Assembly: GCA_964016885.1 (NCBI GenBank)
Contig: OZ024753.1
Location: 37,696,001-37,760,000, forward strand
From: Eledone cirrhosa
Taxonomy: Eukaryota
Length of the DNA stretch: 64,000 nucleotides
Reading direction: 5' to 3'
Made by a program: the position numbers and the translations under genes. The notes under the pieces are model-generated. The model saw only the letters and a list, made by a program, of their open reading frames with translations, searched no databases and was not told where the DNA came from. This document shows, piece after piece, positions 1-11,310 of this stretch; position 1 is the first letter of the stretch, and every line of letters starts with the position of its first letter.

Positions 1-439
1 TTTGTACTTTTTAAGAATGTTTTGTTAATGCAGTATCATGTGATACAGGACATTGAAAAAAAATGAAATTTACATCTCACGCCTATGCAAATTTAACTGG
101 CCTCCTATGCCGTGTCTTCCTCAAAACACAATGTGATCCAAAACAGGTTCTATGTCCTGCAGATATAAAATACTTGACTCCAGTACTGGACTGGTACATT
201 TTTTATTGACCCGGAAAGAATGACAGGCAAAGTTGATCTTGTGATTTGAACTCAGAATGCAGAGAACCAGAACAAATACCACAAAATATTGACATTTTAA
301 TGGCTCTGCCAATTTACTATTTCTTGTATAAATATTAATGTTTAAATAAATTCTTATTATAACAATAAAGTTTCTTTTATCATAAATTATAGAAGTAACG
401 TCTCCATTATTCTTATTATTCTTATTATTGTTGTTGTTA

Positions 440-700
440 ATAGTTTCTAATTTAGACACAAGGCCAGAAATTTTGGAAGGAGAAAAAGACAATTATCTCA
501 ACCCCAGTATTCGACTAGTACCTTATTTTATCAACACCAAAAGAACGAAAGGTAAAGTTAACCTCAGCATTATTTGAACAACTTTGCCTTTCATCCTTCC
601 AGAGGTTGATAAAATACCAGCCGAGTACTGGTGACCAATTTAATAAACTAGTCCCTCTCCCAGCCAAAATTCATGGACTTGTGCCTCAATTAGAAACCAT
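440..700. mobile_element. Two degenerate tRNA-derived SINE fragments in opposite orientations (also 26433-26693, 54046-54306)
   Basis: Family cores 'cacaaggccag...ttttatcaac...aaagttaacctc' and the reverse 'actttgcctttcatcc'; this family recurs many times in the window. Confidence 0.7.
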
Positions 701-750
701 TCACAGCTCTATTCACCTTGGGTATGTGCAATGTCGGTTTTAGTGTTGTT

Positions 751-810
751 TCTATTGTATTGAGAATACTTTTTGTCATGTGTGTGCAGTGTCCAGAAGT
801 GCTATTTATC
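751..810 (-). mobile_element. Old R4/Dong-like LINE C-terminal remnant (also ~26744-26803, ~54357-54416)
   Basis: Minus strand reads IALLDTAHT*QKVFSIQ*, matching the C-terminus IVLMGTAHILRKILSI* of the LINE at 2178-4952. Confidence 0.55.
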
Positions 811-978
811 AGGGTGACCGTGGTTTTTGTGGGTTTTCTCCATGAGTAACCCTCAGTGGTCTGCCTTCTCCTCCCTCAATTGGGGAATTTGTTTTTGTTT
901 CTATTTTGTTGTTATGGGTTTCCTTTTATACAGTGTAGTAATAATAATAATAATAATAATTATAATAATAATAAAAGA

Positions 979-1543
979 GGAATCAAATGCTGCGTGCAGG
1001 AGAGGCGGTTACGCTGGTATGGACATGTGATGCGTATGAAGGATGACAGCTGCATAAAAAGGTGCAGAGCACTAGAAGTTGATGGAAACCGCGGAGTGGG
1101 GAGACCCAAGATGACTTGGGATGAGGTGATAAAAGCCGACCTTACCCAACTACACCTCTCAAAGTCAATGACACACGACCGTGACTTCTGGCGTCACGCA
1201 GTAATACAGGGTACCCGACCTCCCATGGGTACATGCTGAAGCATATAAACAATATGCCCCCCCCCCCCCCCACCGCAAGGTGGTCGTGGAGGTGCCACGG
1301 CAAAAAAGCACCCAGCCCACACTGTAAAGTGGACGTGTAGGCGCCACGAAAAAGCACCCAGCACTCACTGTAAATGAGGTTGGTGTTAGGAAGGGCATCC
1401 AGCTGTAGAAATCAAGCCAGATCAGTTCCTGTATGAGCAAGGCATGGTCAGCCGACCAGACACTGCCCACAACAGGACAACCCGTCTAACCCATGCTAGC
1501 GTGGAAGAACGGACGTAAAACGGTGATGATGATGATGATGATG
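979..1543 (+). mobile_element. 5'-truncated RTE-clade LINE insertion with (GAT)n tail and 6-bp TSD
   Basis: Encodes RRLRWYGHVMRM...GRPKMTWDEVIKADL (RTE ORF C-terminus). TSD AAAAGA at 973-978 and 1544-1549; empty sites at ~29131 and ~56863. Confidence 0.9.
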
Positions 1544-1711
1544 AAAAGATTGTTGAAATCTAATCCTCACCAAAATAAATGAAAAAGAATCCCCAAAATT
1601 GTCAGATTAGGGTGAGGCTTAAATCAATGTTTCTTTGCAACAGAAGTTTACTGGGTTTAAATCAAGAAAATAAAAGGTTCTAATAAGATAAGGGAATGGG
1701 AAATAATTATA

Positions 1712-2145
1712 GATTCTAATTCAGGCAGAAGACCAGCAATTTAGGAGGGGGGAGAAGTCGATTAAATCAACCCCAGTACATTACTGGTAGTTTATTTTAT
1801 CAAATCCCGGAAAAGATGAAAAGCAAAGTTAACCTCGGCCAGATTTGAACTCCGAATGTAAAGAGCTATAACTAAATGCCACAAACATTTTGTCTGATGC
1901 TCTAACGATTCTGCCAACCCACCACCCTAATAATAATAATAACAATATTTCTAACATCAGAACAAAACAAAAAATTTTAGTCGATTAGATTGATCCCAAT
2001 ATGTGACTGGTACTTTATACTTTTATCATCCCCCTGACAGAGAGAGAGGTGGGGGAGACAAAAGGCAAAGTTAACCTGATGTGGTGGTGGTGGTGGTTGG
2101 AGTTTAGCTCAGAATGTAAAAGGATTTAACTAAAACAACAAGGCA
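1712..2145 (-). mobile_element. Two tandem tRNA-derived SINE copies (also ~29300-29740, ~57030-57470)
   Basis: Reverse complement of a B-box-like GTTCAAAT (tttgaactc) plus the family core 'gatgaaaagcaaagttaacctcggc'. Confidence 0.7.
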
Positions 2146-2177
2146 TATAATAGTAATAATAATAATAATAATAATAA

Positions 2178-4952
2178 CAAACTAAACTTAGAAAATTGAA
2201 AAAAAAGTACAGTATAAGATCAACATGTGACATAGACATGCTGATAGAAACAATCAAGCAAAAAGTGTCGGCCAAAGCTGCTCGTATAAGGCGCTTTGAA
2301 AAACGATCTAGATTCTATAAGGACAATAATATGTTCAAAAACAACCAAAGAAACTTCTACAGAAAAATTGGTAAGTCAACAATAACTGCTAAATCAATAC
2401 CACCCAAGGAGGAAGTGCAAGAATTCTGGGAAAAGATCTGGGCCGAAGAAAAAGTTCATAACATACATGCCCCATGGATAGACAGACAAATGAAAGAAAC
2501 AGCTCACCTTGAAGAACAAACATGGGAAAATATAACAGTTGAACAGCTGCGCTTGGCTCTAAGAAAAACCAGCAAATGGAAATCCCCAGGAAAAGACAAA
2601 ATACAAAACTTTTGGATAAATGCCTTCACAGAGTCTCATGAGCTGTTAGCCCAACTTTACAATGAAATAGTTAAGGAGCCAGAAAAGATACCATCATGGC
2701 TAGTTAACGGCATTACATTCCTGCTACCGAAGAATGATGAGACAAACAATCACAAAAATTACAGACCGATAACCTGCTTGACCACAATGTATAAAATTTT
2801 AACATCAGTCCTAACTGAATTCACATATGACCACCTGATAACAAATGACCTATTTCCCATTGAGCAGAAAGGGTGTAAACGAGGCTCATATGGCTGTAAG
2901 GATCAGCTTCTGATTAACAAAATGATACTGGAAGATTGTCATAATAGACACAAAAATCTATCGATTGCTTGGATAGATTATAAAAAAGCATTTGATAGTT
3001 TGCCACACAGTTGGATTGAAAAATGTTTAGAGATTTTCAAAATATCCCCCGTTGTCAGGAGGTTTTTGTCATTCAGTATGAGGACATGGAGAACGACACT
3101 CCTTTTGAATAGTGAAACAAAATCACTGGAAGCTGGAGAAGTTAACATTAATTGTGGAATTTTTCAGGGCGACTCTTTATCACCGCTTTTATTCTGCATC
3201 GCACTTATACCATTAAGTAAAATGCTCAATGAAACAAAACATGGATATAGAGTCTATGACAAAACCATTAATCACCTGTTCTACATGGATGACCTGAAAC
3301 TATTTGCAAAAAATGATGAACAATTGCAAGGGCTATTATCCACTGTGAAGCAGTTCAGTGATGACATTAAAATGGAGTTTGGACTGGATAAATGCGCCAA
3401 AGCAACGTTCACCAGAGGAAAGCTGCTGAAGAGTTCAGACATTAATCTTGATCGGGGGAACGTGATAAGAGAGCTTGATCAAGAACAAACTTACAAATAT
3501 CTAGGTGTTTGTGAAGGAGACGGAATCAAGCACTCGACAATGAGGGAAAGGATAAGGAAGGAATGTTACCGCAGAGTCAGAGCAATCTTAAGAACGGAAT
3601 TGAATGCAAGGAATAGGATCGATGCCATAAACACGCTTGCCATACCAGTAGTAACCTACAGTTACAATGTCATCAACTGGTCAAGCACAGAGATCCGTAG
3701 ACTCGATACAAAAATCCGAAAATTCTTAACCATGCACAGAATGCATCACCCTAAGGCAGATATAGATAGAATATATCTCCCTAGGAAAGACGGAGGACGT
3801 GGGTTAATCCAGTTAGACATTGCGTTGAAAACTGCAACAATTGGATTATCCACATATCTAAGGGAATCACATGATTGGATGATCAAACTCGTTTTGAAAC
3901 ACGAAAGCACCAAAAGATCATATTCCATTACAAAAGATGCACAAAGATACAGTAATGGACTACAAATTTCAGAAGTCCCATTTACTGCTGAAATGGAAAA
4001 CACAGAAAAAGCAAAGCAGGTAAAAGTAACTGCAAAGAAAGAACTGCTACAGAAACTGGCTAAGAAATGGCAAGAAAAGCCTCTGTATGGAAAATACCCA
4101 GAACGAGCTAACAATCCTGATGTTGACAAAACTTTAACCCATCAGTGGTTGGCATCCTCTGGACTGAAATCGGAGACTGAAGGACTGATTATATCCGCAC
4201 AAGATCAGTGTCTGCCAACAAAAAATTACCAAGCCAACATAATAAAAAATGGGTGCAGCCCATTATGCCGTGTATGCAAAAAACAACCAGAGACCATTGA
4301 CCATATAATTTCAATGTGCAGTCCTATAGCTCCAACCGAATACCTAAACAGGCATGACAGAGCTGCACAATACATACATTGACCTGCCCCATCAAAAGAA
4401 TTGGTGGGAGCATCAACCACCTCCCATACTTGAAAAAGATCACATCTCAATCTTGTGGAACTTTAGCATCCAAACAGACCGAAAAATAGATGCAAATAGA
4501 CCTGATATAATATTGAAGGACTTTCAAAGGAGGGTATGCCTGCTAATTGATATGTCTGTTCCAATAGACAAGAATGTATCTATAAAAACATTTGAAAAAT
4601 TGAGCAAGTATAAGGACCTGGAGATAGAAATTGGAAAAATGTGGAAATTGAGAACTAAAACAATACCAGTGGTTGTAGGCGCTCTGGGAATGATACCTAA
4701 GGGGTCTAACGACTACTTATCGCAAATCCCAGGAAACCCGCGTATAGGAGAAATACAAAAGATAGTACTAATGGGAACTGCCCATATACTAAGGAAGATC
4801 CTGTCAATATAAGTACATCACAAGTCTAAACACTAAGGATGCATGTGTGAATATGTGTGTTCTTTCTTGAACATGGCGGACCTTGTTGTCTCTTGAGGTC
4901 ACTGGTTGTGACTTGGTGATAACTCGTATAAACATAAAGTAAGATAAATGCA
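2178..4952 (+). mobile_element. 5'-truncated R4/Dong-type non-LTR retrotransposon (RT, Zn knuckle, restriction-like endonuclease) inserted in (TAA)n
   Basis: RT motifs NYRPIT, IDYKKAFD, GIFQGDSLSP, YMDD; CRVC...H...C knuckle; RHD; RPDI...LLIDMSVP...KYKDL. Flanked by (TAA)n on both sides; empty site at 57474-57520. Confidence 0.93.
2196..4812 (+). pseudogene. LINE RT/endonuclease ORF, 5'-truncated and frameshifted at ~4380
   Basis: ORFs 2196-4382 and 4354-4812 together make one polyprotein; the first begins at TTG, in a frame that is open back to the truncation point. Confidence 0.88.
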
Positions 4953-4989
4953 AATAATAATAATAATAATAATAATGATAATAATAATA

Positions 4990-5133
4990 ATTTCTAATTC
5001 AGGCACAAGGCCAACAATTTGTGGGGAGGAAAAAAAATTTATTAAATCGACCCCCAGTTCTTAGCTGGTACTTTATTTTTTCGACCCGCGGAAGGATGAA
5101 AGGCAAAGTGGACCATGACAGAATTTGAGCTCT
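4990..5133 (-). mobile_element. tRNA-derived SINE fragment (also 32608-32751, 57520-57663)
   Basis: 'aggcacaaggcc...atcgaccccag...ctggtactttatt...ggatgaaaggcaaagt' family core. Confidence 0.7.
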
Positions 5134-5504
5134 TAGAGCAGAGATGCTGCTTATTCGCAACCCTCAATAATTTAAATAAAAATAAAAGAACAGAGCATGA
5201 TGATAGTAAAGTATTATGATTTTGTGAGACTGGTTTGAGTTCTTGTCACCATCTCCATTTTCAACCCCAGGTCAGTCCACCCTTTGTTACCATAAATATT
5301 TATAAAACCAGTTTGTCAAGTCTTTTTTTTTTTAATTATCATAATTATTATTATTATTAGTAATAGTAGTAGTAGTAGTAATAATTTGTAGTGGTAGTAT
5401 TGTGATTGTGTCTGTTGTTATTGTTGTTGTTGTTGTAGTTGTTAATAGTAGTGGTAAACAATGAAGTAGAACCTATGAAAAATAAATCTAGACAGAAGAA
5501 TCCA

Positions 5505-7337
5505 TCAGTCAATTTTGATCGCTGCATAAATTCGTCGAATAAAAAAGTATGCTGCATAGAAACCAATGGTGCCAGTCAAGATCCAGAATGTGAAAGACAT
5601 GAGCAGTGTGTAGCCAAAATACAGGAGAGTCGGGATGAATTCTGTGATTTCAAGCTGAAACAGAGAATACAAAAGATAATATCTTATATGTAATGAATGG
5701 GGAACTGTCAGACTGTGTCCAATTTATTATTTTACATCACGTTATTAAAATAAGTTGGATTACTTTGAATAAATCATGAATGAATATTATGTAATTTATT
5801 TACTAAATTTCTTAGCTCTTGATTAAACATAAATAATCTTATATATAATGTATTGCTTATTTCAATATTCGCGCCTGTTAAAACTTCCAAATGTCAACTT
5901 CCGTTACTGTTATGCTTATATATAACATTATACATATGCGTTTCTGTTTCCATCATTAAGGGCAGTTCTTCTGCTAGTACAAACAATGGACATTATTCAT
6001 GCATTCTGAAATATACAAGTGTTTTAAACCTTTTGATACTAGCCCACCTAAAATTGACCCTGATTCTATAATGTGAAGCTGTTTTGTTTTAGCGTGTTTA
6101 TATTTATCCACAAAAGTGTTTAAATGTATCTAAAAGCACCCATCATAATTTTATGTGAGAAACTTCATTAAGTTATATTGTAAAAATCAGCTTAATAATA
6201 CATAAGTTATATTACTAAATCACTTCAAATTCTTGGTTATTTTTTAACGCCCTAATGATCCTGCCAATTTGTGTCACCTTACAACACAGGTATATGATTA
6301 ATACAAGAAATTCTTCTTACCTTTGTAACAAAATAGAAGATAGAATATGCAAACATGTACACAGCAGAACCACCAGACACTATAAATGCATGCCACCACC
6401 AATGATAATCCTGAAAATAAATAGATAAATGAATAAATATATCTGCTATCATCATCATTTAGTATTAATATCATCATCATCATAATCAGATATTATTAAG
6501 ATAGCAAACATGTGTCCATTTTAAAATGTTTATTATTATAATAAATCCTTCCATCAGTTTTATTTAAGAACATTTTGTTAAGTAATATTCTAAATAACAG
6601 CTTACTAATGAAAGAATTAGTTTTTTATTAAATCCCTTTAATTTTTGGCTTATCTTCAAAATTAACTGAAAGACATAGGCAATGTACTTCATTAGGAAAA
6701 CAGTTAGAGAAGGGTTAAAGGGTTTAATGACTTACCTCACCACATAATTGGAAATATATCATCACAATGGAAATTTGAGATACTGAAATGACTAAAATGA
6801 TGAACACCAAGAACAAAAATCCAAACAAATAATAGAACTGATTCTCCCAGATTGCCTACAAATAAATAAGAAAGGAAAAGATTAATATTTCTAACAGATT
6901 AGTTAGGTTTAAACTGTTGAATCTGCAAACTGTCTTTACTGTGTTGTTTATTATATTCTGATTATGTTTGTAGATACATTGATATGTCTGTTTGTATATG
7001 TATATGTCTGTTTGTATAGGCAGACAGATAGATAGGTACAGGTAGATAAATAGGTAGGTAGGTATAGGTACATAGACACATTTGTCCCAGCGGTATCATA
7101 AACTTAGACAACTTTAGCTCAGTAGTATCAACATTGCTTAATATGATTTCCAATAAAAGTAAGAAAAATGAACTTATTGCTAAATTATGATAAATATTTG
7201 AAAGAGAATTCAGTAGAGTGTAAACTATATTTAGGGGTCTATAGATCCCTACAGTATTGAGAGGATTAAAGAGTTAATAGTGTGTGTTATACTTACAGTG
7301 AAAATGAAAAATAACTCAATGAATACAGCTCCAAATG
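5505..7337 (-). pseudogene. TM9SF4: Duplicated TM9SF4 3' exons (5505-5654, 6321-6410, 6736-6855, truncated 7297-7337)
   Basis: Same coding sequence as the exons at 58035-59873 with GT-AG sites intact; the upstream-most exon is cut at the unit junction. Confidence 0.9.
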
Positions 7338-7475
7338 CTACAAAATGTTCTTAAATAAAACTATGATGGAAGAATTTATTATATTGATAAACATTTTAAA
7401 ATGGACAGTTTTGTTTAAGAAATGAAGAGCAATTTCGGGCAGTTTAGTATCAAAAGATAGTAACTTAACATATAG

Positions 7476-7820
7476 TTCTTCTTCTTCGCCCACATATTCC
7501 TGAGAGGGTCGTGAGGACAGAGTCGTCAAACACTCCTTCCAGTGGGTCCTGTCAGACGCAACAGATCCGGCTGGATCCCCAAGCAAGACTAGCCAAGCTC
7601 ATGGATGTTATCCAACCATCTTGCTCGGGATCTACCCCAAGGTCTCCTACCAGTTGGTTTTGCCCGTAAAATCTGTCGAAAATCAGCGATTCTTTCCTGA
7701 GACATTCTAACCACATGCCCATAGTATCAGAGCTGTGATCTCTCAATTTGTGAGGAGATGGACTCTGCCAGGTTTAAAAGCTGTCCTAGAAATGTTGTCT
7801 GTCAAAAGGGGTGCCATATT
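7476..7820 (-). mobile_element. Degenerate RTE-clade LINE 3' fragment with (GAA)n tail (also ~35098-35440)
   Basis: Minus-strand frames give GHVVRMSQERI...KPTGRRPWGRSRARWLDNIHEL, typical of an RTE ORF end. Confidence 0.75.
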
Positions 7821-8668
7821 GTACTGATTATAGTAAGAATTTATTTAAATATTTATACAAGAAATAGATTTCTTAGTTAGCAAATTGGGCCGAGTTACTA
7901 AAATATCAGATAGAGTATTTTGTGGTATTTGTTCTGGTTCTCTGAGTTCAAATCACAACAAGGTCAACTTTGCCTTTCATCCTTTCGAGGTCAATAAAAA
8001 AGCACTAGTCCAGTACTGGGGCTAATTCTTCCCCTCTATATCTCTTTCTCTTTCTTTGGAAGAAATAAACTGTGTTTAAACCTGGAAAAGAATTGGTTCC
8101 ACCAGGCTTAAATGCCCAAGACATGCCATATATCACTACAGTGCCACTATGATTAAATCAGGAGTTTTCTAATAACACGAATAATATATAAAAATTCTAA
8201 AAATATGTATCATAGAAAAATCAAGGGGGAAAAATATTAAATATTTATTAATGTTAGTCTGTTCTTAAGACGCAAGTGTAGACATATTCCTGTTTATAAT
8301 AATATTGTTATGAATCTACTTTAGAATAGTGATACACCCCTCCCACTGCAAAGTGGATGTGTAGGCGCCACGGAAAAAAAGCTCCCAGCACTCACTGTAA
8401 ATGAGGTTGGTGTTGGGAAGGGCATCCAGCTGTAGAAATTAGAGCAACAACATTCGAAAGTAGGCTGAAAGGTTAATAACTAACTGTAAAGGAGTGAAGG
8501 TGGAGCTGTGAAATCATGCCTGCATTAATTTCAACTTTTTTTTTTATTAATAACTGCATTGTTTCTTTCCAGGAAATATGTTGAAAAATGAAGCTCAATT
8601 GGTCATTCCATGAGAGTGCCTTGGTCATCCTATGAACTTTTGAAAGAAAACTAAAATATTTCACTTGC

Positions 8669-8764
8669 CAGTTTTCTGTAACCAAAATAGTATCCCAAGA
8701 AAACCAATGGAAGTGAGATACCAAACCACATACATAACAGTGCAACCATTGTGCTGAATGGAAC
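8669..8764 (-). pseudogene. TM9SF4: Older duplicate of a TM9SF4 exon with a mutated donor (also 36277-36372)
   Basis: Matches 60604-60699 ([31 protein letters not shown]); donor GT changed to GC; homology to ~60575-60918 spans ~8638-9012 with diverged intron sequence. Confidence 0.85.
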
Positions 8765-9123
8765 CTGTAGGGAATAAAGAATTGTTAAATGAATTTAAAG
8801 TGACATAATGATGATGACTAGTGATTTGAGGGAGATTTGGTTGTTGTTTCTAGCAGTTTGAGAAACCACATAGAGGCTCCCTCATTAGCTCAGTAGAGAC
8901 TATTCACTAAGTTCCTATTTCATGATGATGATGATAATAATAAAATGAAGCTATATCTGTGTCTGTTAGACATCTGTCAATTCTGATAAGTGTTCCAGTG
9001 GTTTGATCAATAGTATGATCTTGGTACTAACATTTTCTTTCATCTGTGTACTGGGATATCTATTCTATAAACTTCTCTCTTCTACATACTGTAATTTTTA
9101 ATGGTCTTGTTCAGGAACTGGTG

Positions 9124-9350
9124 TCATCGCAACAGAATCAGAGATGGATTAAACTTGCATGTGGCTGGAATTTATATTAGAACCCTTGGATATTATCTAT
9201 GGAAATAAACAATTAATTTAGGTCCCTAGCAGTACCTTAGTCCACCACTGAGCAAAACTAAAGGGTTTTTCTTCCTTTCCCTTCATCTACTTACCTTTTT
9301 GTTTTTTATTTTCTTTCTGGATAGCAAAGGCCTGAATTTCAACTTTCCAT
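9124..9350 (-). other. Possible orphan pair of terminal coding exons of an unidentified gene (9295-9350 and 9124-9164; also 36732-36958)
   Basis: tag|A TGG...AAA G|gtaagt, a 130-nt intron with CTAAT and ttccag|; spliced frame WKVEIQAFAIQKENKKQKATCKFNPSLILLR*. Protein not recognised. Confidence 0.4.
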
Positions 9351-9412
9351 CTATTGAATATCCCAATGTATGATTAAGAAGTTCTCTTCGTAGTCATGTT
9401 GTTCCAGGTTAG

Positions 9413-9683
9413 ATCATCATCATCATCATCATCATCACCGTTTTACGTCCGTTCTTCCACGCTAGCATAGGTTAGACGGGTTGTCCTGTTGTGTGCAGTG
9501 TCTGGTCGGCTGACCATGCCTTGCTCATACAGGAACTGATCTGGCTTGATTTCTACAGCTGGATGCCCTTCCTAACACCAACCTCATTTACAGTGAGTGC
9601 TGGGTGCTTTTTCGTGGCGCCTACACGTCCACTTTACAGTGTGGGCTGGGTGCTTTTTTGCCGTGGCACCTCCACGACCACCT
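9413..9683 (-). mobile_element. RTE LINE 3' end with (GAT)n tail, same family as 979-1543 (also 37021-37285; fragment 8341-8437)
   Basis: Near-exact reverse complement of 1277-1543. Confidence 0.88.
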
Positions 9684-10899
9684 AGATCTCTCCTGCAATT
9701 GGCTTTGCCCCAAATGCAGGACAGATCTAACCTGTCGTTCACTGTAGTTTTTGGTCTGTGCTTGTGAATGGTATTGGGTAGGCAGGACCTGTTCAAGAGT
9801 CAGTTCTATATATGAAGTCGGGTCCATGTTTGAGGTTACACTGGTCTAACGGTGCTGTCTTTATGTTGTGTCCTGTAGTGGTTCGACAAATAGAGATTAA
9901 TAAATTCAGTATTAAATTCGTTATAATTTTATACATATACATAACAGTTATAATTTTATACATATACATAACAGGAGGTGAGTGTGTATGTGTACTGTTA
10001 AGTATTTTGAAAGATTTATTTCCCTTAGACAGCTATTCTACCACATTTAACACACTGTCTCTTATGCATTAAGGGGAATAACTGTTTTGAAAACCCCCTC
10101 AACACATAAAAACACACGTTATCTCTCTTAGATCCAGACACTTTATGCATGTGTGTGAGTGAGAATAACAGAATGCATTTGTGTTTATGCGTGTGAGAAA
10201 CATAGAAAAGTGTAAGAGACATAGAGTGTGAGAGAGAAAGGGTCAGTGAGAATGTGTGTGTTTGGTAGAGAGTGCGTGATAAATACAATGTGTATGTATG
10301 TTTATGGGAGAGCGATCGGACACGACAGGGAGTGTGTGTGAGCGAGAGAGAGATGTAAATACGTGTTTGAAATTGAAATAGAGAAATAGTATAGGTTCCT
10401 GTTTTTAAGAATTGTACTAAAAACATAAGCTATCTGCAGCTTAACTATTGCATTAAAACACACATTAACTCTTAATATGCTGTACTACATAGAACTACAT
10501 GAGCAAGACATTGTTGAAAACGGTAGAATGACTATATCACATTTAGTTTACTAAAAATGTTTATAATCTGTCCCCTAGTAATGATACTATAAATATTTGA
10601 ATTAAACCTGTCTTTAGATGTGTTCTGCTAAAATATTACATGGTATTAAGAGTTAAATGCAGCTGAACTAGACAAAAATAACCACTTCTAACTAGAGTAG
10701 ACTAATCTAAAAACATTTATTATCGTGACAGAGAAACTACAATATTCAATTTACAATACATGATTAAAAAATAATTTATTAATACAATACAACTATTTAA
10801 TGTATATAAAAATTAGTTTGGGTTTAAAATGTAATTAAAACTTTCATACAAATATAGACGATTGTAAAACGACACTTTATACAAATATTAAAAAAATGT

Positions 10900-11310
10900 T
10901 AATGCTATTTACAATATATTAGAGTTTTTAAAAAAAGAATATAAATGTTAGTAGAATAATCGAACAAAAATATTAAATTCGACAAAATTTAAACTCATGG
11001 AAAGATGTGAGAAAAAAAGATCATGAAATTATTCACGATTAAAATGTTATTTACAATATTTGTTGTATAAAAAAATGTTAAAGTGTTAGGGTTAAAATAA
11101 AACTAAGTAATGCTCAAATGTAGACATTAAGATATGCTATTTACAATGTGTTTTATGAAAAAAATATTAGTGTTATGTTAAAAAAAAAACGAAGTAATTT
11201 TTAAATGTAGACATCATTAATATGTTATTTACAATATTTGTTTAATGGAAAAAAATATTAAAGTGTTAGGGTTAAAAGAAACAGGTAAATAAAATGTTCA
11301 AATGTAAACA
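10900..11310. repeat. Degenerate ~90-bp AT-rich tandem repeat downstream of cyclin T-like gene A (also ~38500-38910)
   Basis: Recurring 'atg(c/t)tatttacaat...aaaaaat(g/a)tta...gtgtta...aaatgtagacat'; tatttaca at 10906, 11048, 11138, 11226. Confidence 0.7.

Larger units (their letters stand above)
1..7337. repeat. Tandem segmental duplication, partial unit 0 (right-hand end of a unit)
   Basis: Near-identical to 25994-34959 and 53607-59873, apart from a 2.17-kb deletion at ~930, an RTE insertion (979-1543) and presence/absence of the LINE. Confidence 0.95.

Noticed and set aside
121-492. 123-aa ORF identical in three copies (also 26114, 53727)
   Set aside because: Built from SINE fragments and a microsatellite; identity only reflects the segmental duplication.
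4354-4382. Programmed frameshift between the LINE RT and endonuclease ORFs
   Set aside because: R4-type elements have a single ORF, there is no slippery heptamer, and residues appear to be missing here, so a small deletion is more likely.
5439-5693. 84-aa plus-strand ORF (also 33057, 57969)
   Set aside because: Antisense shadow of the TM9SF4 last exon plus microsatellite.
11085-11272. TTAGGG telomeric motifs
   Set aside because: Only two isolated hexamers within an AT-rich repeat.
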